Part shown: positions 56,305 to 64,000 of the stretch, piece by piece
Numbering within the stretch: position 1 is the stretch's first letter
Layout: each line of letters opens with the position of its first letter
Origin: Octopus vulgaris
Lineage: Eukaryota
Assembly: GCA_951406725.2 (NCBI GenBank)
Contig: OX597830.1
Span: 7,564,001-7,628,000, forward strand
Direction of reading: 5' to 3'
DNA: 64,000 nt
The notes under the pieces: model-generated
Database searches by the model: none
What the model was told of the DNA's origin: nothing
Seen by the model: only the letters and a program-made list of their open reading frames with translations
Made by a program: the position numbers and the translations under genes

Positions 56305-57056
56305 GTCGTCGTCGTCGTCGTCGTCGTCGTCAACATCACATATAGCCTTTCCATACGACTTCTCTTATATTTTCTCTAAACGCCACCCACTCGGGCATCA
56401 CGTGGGTCTTTGTTTTCTGAAGTGGCCGACATTTTGTTTTGTTTTTTCTTTCCTAAATATTGTTTTTATATTCAGTCCATTTTTTTACATTTGTTTTTTT
56501 TACATTTTCTATTATATTTTTGTGTGTTATTTTTTCGGGAAGGGTGCCTGTAATGATGGCGACAATTAGTGCTCCATTGAGGCAATTAATACAAGTCTGT
56601 TGAAGTTGCTGTGTGAATTATTTCAATAATTTTACTCAGCCAATATTTATGTTATTCGCACCACTAAAGAGCTTGTTTGAAAACCAACATCAGACAGAAA
56701 GAGAAGGCAAAAAAGAACGGGAGTGCGCAAGCGTGTGTGAGTGCGTGTGTGTGTGTGTGTGTCTCTCTCTGTATGTGTATGGGAATGTATTTGTGTGTTA
56801 GCATGACAGAAAGATCAAATAACAACGCGACTAATTTATATATATATATATGTAACTAAACACACCGCCTAACACACGCACACATCAATATATACACACA
56901 CATATATATATATATATACATATGAGTAATTATATTACATTTATGCATGTAAATAAATATGTATATATATATATATAAGTATATATTCATACATGACTTA
57001 ACATTTATACACGCATGCATATATATGTGTACATTTATATATATATATACATACAC

Positions 57057-57107
<51 letters not shown>

Positions 57108-57255
57108 TATATATATATATATATGCATATATATATATATATATATATTTACTTGTATACGCAACGTACACTCGTTTATGCAAAGGTGCACACAAACACA
57201 GAGATATGGCGGGGGCGTTGCTGTACATTCGTACTGAGTGCTTATATATACATAC

Positions 57256-57342
<87 letters not shown>

Positions 57343-57416
57343 TAGTGCATTTGTATTTGAAGTTATAGATTATAGACATTATAGGTATCTGAATATATAT
57401 ATGTGTGTGTGTATGC

Positions 57417-57474
<58 letters not shown>

Positions 57475-57786
57475 TAGAACGTGCGTGTGTGTGTATTCAC
57501 AAACACCGACTTATTTATTCTGTAATTATTTTACTGTTTCCAGACGGCCATGTTGGTGAATCGCCTTCAAGGATTTCAATATAAGTATGCCGAGCACGTC
57601 TTTTTGTCTAATACATATTTTATCGATCTGTTTTTGCACATCGTCTATATGGAGTGTCATAAACCACATCGAAAAGTCACCACAAATAAAGTTACGCAAA
57701 CCTGCGTTTACATAAACACACACATTCTCCTATGGTCACATGTTGGGTTATGTAGAAATATGCTCGTATCCAGCTATTAATCAAAC

Positions 57787-57829
<43 letters not shown>

Positions 57830-57854
57830 GATTGGAGTGCCAGTATATAAAAGT

Positions 57855-58063
57855 ACTAATTTCAAATTTTGGCACAGAGCCAGTAATTTGGGAGGAGGGA
57901 GTAAGTTGCTTACATCGACCCCCGTATTCAGCCGATGCTCATTTATCGACCTCACTTGGATGAAAGGCAAAGTCGATCTCGGCGGAACTCGAACGTAAGG
58001 ACGGACGATATGCGTCTTTGAATTTTACCCGGCGTGCTAACAACTCTGCCAGCTCGCCACCTT
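57855..58063 (-). mobile_element. SINE family B
   Basis: Plus strand ends CTGCCAGCTCGCCACCTT. Confidence 0.85.
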
Positions 58064-58068
58064 AGTGT

Positions 58069-58133
<65 letters not shown>

Positions 58134-58637
58134 CAGACAGATGCGCATGCGCGCATAGATTTTGTACACAATTATTTCCTGTTCATATTTTTCGAAGAGA
58201 TTTTTTTCGACACCGTTTATTTTTTTCTTAATGGAATCTATCGTTGTTGCAAATAAGAAGTTTCTGCGTGTCTTCCTTTCAAACGTTCCCATGAATATAA
58301 CAGCGTTTAATTTGTGAGGCGCAGGTTTTTGAAATCCAAAAAGTGATATTTAGAAACAAACTAAAACGGTTGACAGCTGAGTGCCATCTTGCAACTCTAA
58401 AACAGCCACTGCTTCGTTCTTATTACTTAAGACTTACCACCAAATATTTTAAATAAATTCCTATGTTTTTTTAATTGTTGAAGATGAACGAAGACACATT
58501 GCAATCTGAGCGACGGAAATTGTTCTGGAAACGGTCTTTATATAAAACATTTGCGGTTAGAGAGTTCGAAGTAAATCTCCATTACTGAGTTGACTCGGTG
58601 CATCATGGAAATGAAGGTAAATATAACAGACAGTGCT

Positions 58638-58835
58638 AAGACGGCGAACCAGGCAAAATGCTTGGCGGAATTTCGTCTGTCTTTACGTTCTGAGTTCAAA
58701 TTCCGCCGAGGTTGACTTTGTCTTTAATCCTTTCGGGGTCTATGAAATAAGTACCAGTTGAGCACTGCAGTCGATGTAATTGACTTACTTCCTCCCTTGA
58801 AACTGCTGGCCTTGTGCCAAAATTTGAAACCATAT
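58638..58835 (+). mobile_element. SINE family B
   Basis: CTGAGTTCAAATTCCGCCGAGG...AAGTACCAG. Confidence 0.85.
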
Positions 58836-58920
58836 AATCACATACGGAGAGCTACCTCTACTGCTCTGAAATCCTCCACCTGGTCAAGGGATCGGAAGTA
58901 GATTTACTGAACCTCAAGCC

Positions 58921-59805
58921 ACGTGGCCTGATCAGTAAGTATTCGGACTGTTGCTATAGTAATGAAGATAAAGCCGCTAGACACAGATTGACCTTGAACA
59001 TTGCTGTGCATGTGCACTAATTTTTAACATTCTAGTTCACTTCCGCTACTTACAGCAGTGCTTGGAAGGAAGGTGTGTAGCGTGTGATCGTCGCTTTGAC
59101 AATGACAGAGAAAGCTGAGCAGAGAATCTGCATCAAATTTTGCCAAAAGATTCATGATACCTGCTCAGAAGCCCATGCAAAGTTTTCAAATAGTTTTCAT
59201 CGTTCTCGACACAATCAAGGAGATCTTGTGCAACAGAAACCCGAGTGTCTCTTTGGTCAGCGAAAGCAGTTTTGGCACAAACTTAGCAGACACGCATCTC
59301 ATACCCAAATCTTCATTGACAATGGAATGAACTGAACCATAACTAATCTGTTCATCCTCTGATAACTCACGGATGATGATTCGACGATTTTCCCTCACAG
59401 CTACACGCATATCTGCGATGGTTTTCTCAGTTCTGCTGGTTGCGGGTCTCCCAGAACGTTCGTCATATCGACATTTTTTCGGCCATCTTAGAAACATCTA
59501 AACCACTCGTACACTTGCGTGCAGCTCATATGGCCCTCTCCATACACTTTCTGCAACATTGCGTAGGCTTCTGAGTAGCAGGTATCGCCATGACAACTTT
59601 CTTTGTCATGGTCAATGCGACGAACACATGCTACACACCTTCCTTCCAAGCACTGCTGTAAATAGCGGAAGTGAGCTGGAACCTTTAAACTTATTGAGCA
59701 CACACAGCAGAATCCAAGGTCAATCTGTGCCAAGGAGCATTACTCTGTATGCTTTAGCTTCGTTACTATGGCAACAGTACGGATACTTATTGATCAGACT
59801 GTGTA
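58921..59805. mobile_element. Fold-back mariner derivative with two 5' ends
   Basis: Arms ~58921-59185 and ~59557-59805 are inverted (CTGATCAGTAAGTATTCGGACTG vs CTGATCAATAAGTATCCGTACTG); transposase N-terminal motifs EQRICIKFC, VYEWF, DERSGRP, SAKFVPKLL. Confidence 0.85.
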
Positions 59806-60682
59806 TACTCGTCCTGCTCGATAGCGTATTATGAATCAGAACAACTATAGCTAACACTCCACAGTAATGCAGCATCTCTGTTGAAGTGAAGTGAAGCGCA
59901 GAGAATGAAGTGTTTTGTCAAGAGTCGAAAGGAAACACCTGGGATGAGAGCGAGGTTGATAATGTATGCCATCTTTTTGCTGGAATTAGAATAGGACAAC
60001 GAATGCGAAATTGATGAGGGGAAGGATTCTATGTAAAACGACAAAATATAATATTAAGTGGGAGATAATGGGGATTGAAGATGATGGGGAGGAGGACGTA
60101 GAGGAAAGTGATGGGAGAAAGGAAAGGAGGGTTAGTGAGAGATGAGAGCAGAAGAAGAAGACGGAGAAAGGAAAATGGATTGGAAACGGAAGAGAAATAT
60201 GAGGAGAAAAGAGAGAGGGCGCGCACAGTGGGTGAGAGGAAGATAGGAAAATGAAGGAGTTGAGGTGAAAGGGGACAGGGGATAAGAAATGTCAGGGTGG
60301 AAGGGAAGTAGAGGAGAAAGAAATAAAAGAAAATGAAGATAAGGAGATGAAGTATGAAAGAAAAGAATGAAAGATAAAGTGAAAGGAGTAAAGAAGGAGA
60401 ATAAAAGAGAGCGCGAGAGAAATTCAAGAAAACAGACGACTGTGGAGGAGGAATAAAAGAACGAGACAGAGAAACAGATAGGTAGAGAGAGAGAGAAAGA
60501 GAGAGACAAACAAACAGACAGACAGATAAAGACAGACAGAGAGACACAGACAGAGAGAGATAAAGGAAGGAAGGAAGAATGGAAGGAAGGAAGGAAATAA
60601 AACAGAAACACCGTGCAACGAACTGGAATTGAAAGGAAGAAGGAAAAAATGTCCATATCCATCAAACTCTCTCTCTCTCTCT

Positions 60683-60800
60683 ACGGTCCTGGAATCAATA
60701 CCACTGCGTGGCACCTTGGGCAAGCGTCTTCCACTATAGCCTCGGACCGACCAAAGCCTTGAGACTGAATCTGATAGACGGAAACTGAAAGAAGTCTGTC

Positions 60801-60877
<77 letters not shown>

Positions 60878-61160
60878 GGTGGGTGTAGCGGTGGCGGTGT
60901 GGGATTGGGGTGGGAGTGTGGTGGTGGAGGGTGTCTGTGTTTGTCTCCCCACCGTTGCTTGACAACCGATGTTGATGTGTTTACGTCCCCGAATCTTAGC
61001 GGCTTCTTTCAGTTTCCATCTGCTAAATCCACTCACAAGGCTTTGGTCGGCCCAAGGCTAGAGTAGAAGACACTTGCCCAAGGTGCCACGCAGTGAGAGG
61101 GAAACTTGAACCTTGTGGTTGGGAAGCAAGCTTCTTACCAGACAGTCAGTCCTGCGCCTA
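60683..61160. mobile_element. SINE family A plus copy (60683-61000) fused to a minus copy (61000-61160)
   Basis: CCAAAGCCTTG...GAAACTGAAAGAAG and its reverse complement CTTCTTTCAGTTTCC...CAAGGCTTTGG. Confidence 0.85.
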
Positions 61161-61164
61161 TATT

Positions 61165-61979
61165 TAGGGTGGGTGAAACGTAAGTAGGCATTAAAAATTG
61201 GTAATAAAATCCATGTTCTTTTTACAAATCTATTGAAACAACTGATACGTGTTCTTTATTACATTGGAAAATGAAAGTAATTCTTTATATTTCGGCGGAA
61301 GTACCAGTGGCGACAACCAATTTCCTGAAACGGCATGAATAAACTTCTGAAAGACTTCGTCTGGGATATCATTGAGACCCTCCTGAATCCGTCTCCAAGT
61401 CCCCCAGTGTATAAGGTTTTGCCTTGTACACCGCTTTTCTGTAACACCACAGGTAAAAATCACATGGAGTGAGATCTGGACTTCTTGGATTTCTGGACTT
61501 CAGCCGCCAAAGTTTTCAGATTTTAGCTCTTCCACGTAATGTGGTTTCCTCGGACGAAAATTGAATTCGTATTGTATGTTTTGTTAGTCCACTATCATGA
61601 CCCGCTTGACGTGTGGATTTTTGTGGGCTGTGATCAAACATTTCCTGCACTGTTTCCACGTTCTCCGCTGATCGGGATGTGGTTGGGCGGCCACTTCTTG
61701 CATCGTTCACAGAGCCCGTGGTCATCAGCTTTGCATGACAAACTTTTTATTGTCTCCAGACGTAGTGTTACGTTCTTGCCTTTCCATGCATGCCACCATC
61801 TCTGAACCAAAACAATGGAATTCCACACTTCATAGCGTGCTGATTTCTTAACTCGTTCCTGAACATTCAAGCGACCGGCCATCTGGAAAATAAGAAATAA
61901 GACAATAAGAAAATAAGAAATCCCTATTAGTATTTTCTATAAGCAATTTCTAATGCCTAGTTACTTTCCACCCACTCTG
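61165..61979 (-). mobile_element. Internally deleted Tc1/mariner-superfamily transposon (DD41D/rosa-like)
   Basis: ~36-bp TIRs TAGGGTGGGTGAAACGTAAGTAGGCATT / CAGAGTGGGTGGAAAGTAACTAGGCATT, TA at right end; TGSVNDA.RSGRP, SPQKSTRQ, RSPDLTPCDFYLW. Confidence 0.85.
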
Positions 61980-62239
61980 TATATTTAAAATACCGTTCAA
62001 TTATAGGTAGGATCAATAAAAAAAAAGTACTCCACCCAATGAGAAACAATTATGATTTGCATTATTTACATTTGCAAAAGAGCAACAGATAGTTTCATGC
62101 TTTAAGATACACTAAATTAACAGCTTTCTGTAATGACATGAATCTCCAAGCGATCTTTCAGGCTCAGTTCATAACGGTAGACATATTTAGAAACCAAGAC
62201 GATAGTCTATATCGGTGTGCTTACTATATTGTTTGTACC

Positions 62240-62580
62240 CGTGGTCCGAGTTCAGTCTCACTGCGTGGCACCTTGGGCAAGTGTCTTCTACTATAGCCTC
62301 GGGCCGACTAAAGTCTTGTGAGTGGATTTGGTAGACAGAAACCGAAAGAAGCCCGTTGTGTATATATGTATGTTTGCGTGTCTGTATTTGTCCCCCAACC
62401 ATCGCTTGATAACCGATGCTAGTGTGTCTATGATCCCGTACCTTAGCGGTTCGGCAAATGAGACCGATAAGATATGTACTAGGCTTACAAAGGATACATT
62501 CTGGGTCGATTTGTTCGACTAAAGGCGGTGCTCCAGCATGGCCGCAGCCAAATGACTGAAACAAATAAAAGAAAAAAAAG
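62240..62580 (+). mobile_element. SINE family A
   Basis: GCGTGGCACCTTGGGCAAGTGTCTTCTACTATAGCC...GACTGAAACAAATAAAAG. Confidence 0.9.
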
Positions 62581-62689
62581 AATATTATCACTATATTTTA
62601 TTTTACTTATCTCTAATTTATTTTATTTTATTTTATTTTTCTCATAAATAATTAAATAAATGGAAAACAAAAAAAAATTTAAAAACTTA

Positions 62690-62990
62690 AAAATTATAAA
62701 GGGCTCGGACACGTGGAATATGGTAAGCACACGCACATACACACACAGATACATAAACGCCATAGAAAGATAGGAAGGGACACATGAGATGGAAGGGTCG
62801 CTGAAGCGGTCACAGGTGTGCAACGAAAGATACCCAGACAATGGACATAAGATAAAATAAGAACGATAATAAACGAGTGAAGAACGAATATACAGTGTGT
62901 GTGTTTATTTGGGAAGAAACAAAAAAATGACCGTCGCCATATATAACAATATGTTTCAACACACGATTTTATATCAGGAATCTTGCGAAA
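62690..62990 (+). mobile_element. Family H2 repeat with degenerate HHR motif (62796-62840)
   Basis: GTCG CTGAAGC G GTCACA-GGTG-TGCAAC GAAA GATA CC CAGACA; homologous to 7680-7920. Confidence 0.6.
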
Positions 62991-63016
62991 CAAATTCATA
63001 AATATATATATATATA

Positions 63017-63086
<70 letters not shown>

Positions 63087-63096
63087 TATGTATAAA

Positions 63097-63138
<42 letters not shown>

Positions 63139-63334
63139 CATGTAAATATGCATGTTTGTATATATATATATATCGAGAGAGAGAGAGTGCGGTTATGAGA
63201 GGTAAAGGTGTCAGTAAGACCCAAAGGTGTCAGGTAATGCAGAGTAAGTACTATGGATAGACCATAGTTAAGTTCCATGTTCGGTGATTATGCGAATAAG
63301 GAGTCGAACCTAGGTCATATACTAGCGTGTATAT

Positions 63335-63563
63335 ATACAATTTTTTTTTTCAGAATGAGATAAAAAAGACCGAGGCTGTGAAGATTTTAGAGCATTTATA
63401 AATAGAAGGTCATACAGCTGTTTCCAGGATATTTATTATATCCGTTCACCGTCTCCGATGAAGGAATATAATATATATCTGGAAGCAGTTGTAAGACCTA
63501 TTTATAAATGTACTAAAATCTTCACAGCCTTGGTTTTTTATCACATTCTGAAAAGAAAATTGT
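63335..63563. repeat. ~110-bp-arm imperfect palindrome with an HHR motif on each strand
   Basis: TTCAGAATGAGATAAAA...GGCTGTGAAGATTTTAG vs CTAAAATCTTCACAGCC...TTATCACATTCTGAA; centre at ~63452. Confidence 0.9.
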
Positions 63564-63566
63564 GTG

Positions 63567-63648
<82 letters not shown>

Positions 63649-63682
63649 TGTATGTATGTATGTATGTATGTATATATATTTG

Positions 63683-63804
<122 letters not shown>

Positions 63805-64000
63805 TAGATATAGATATATATATACACACATGTATGTGCGTGATGTGTTTGTGTCTTTGGCTGTGGTTAGAACAATTTGTCGTTGCTAATCCCATCTCTT
63901 TGGAAACTTTTGGTCAATATCGAAACCAGAATGTCACCGCCAGATATGCTAGTCTGTATTTCCGCTTTCATTTTGTGAAGTCAGCTGTGGTTTCAATTGG

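Overview
AT-rich, microsatellite-saturated eukaryotic DNA. The SINE and microsatellite content points to an Octopus (coleoid cephalopod) genome; this is an inference from recalled SINE families, not a database match. No host protein-coding exon can be supported, and nearly all listed ORFs are translations of simple repeats. Recognisable content includes dozens of tRNA-derived SINEs of 3-4 families, some in tandem, nested or inverted arrangements. There is also a 5'-truncated R4/Dong-clade non-LTR retrotransposon inserted in (TAA)n, three Tc1/mariner relics (one fold-back), two MITEs and a higher-order minisatellite. The most notable signal is a dense set of minimal type I hammerhead-ribozyme (HHR) motifs with palindromic stem III, of the kind described in Penelope-like elements. 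They occur in several short non-coding repeat families lying in microsatellites. Three stand out: a tRNA-headed SINE carrying an HHR tail, an essentially intact HHR with a ~100-nt stem II, and a fold-back with an HHR motif on each strand.
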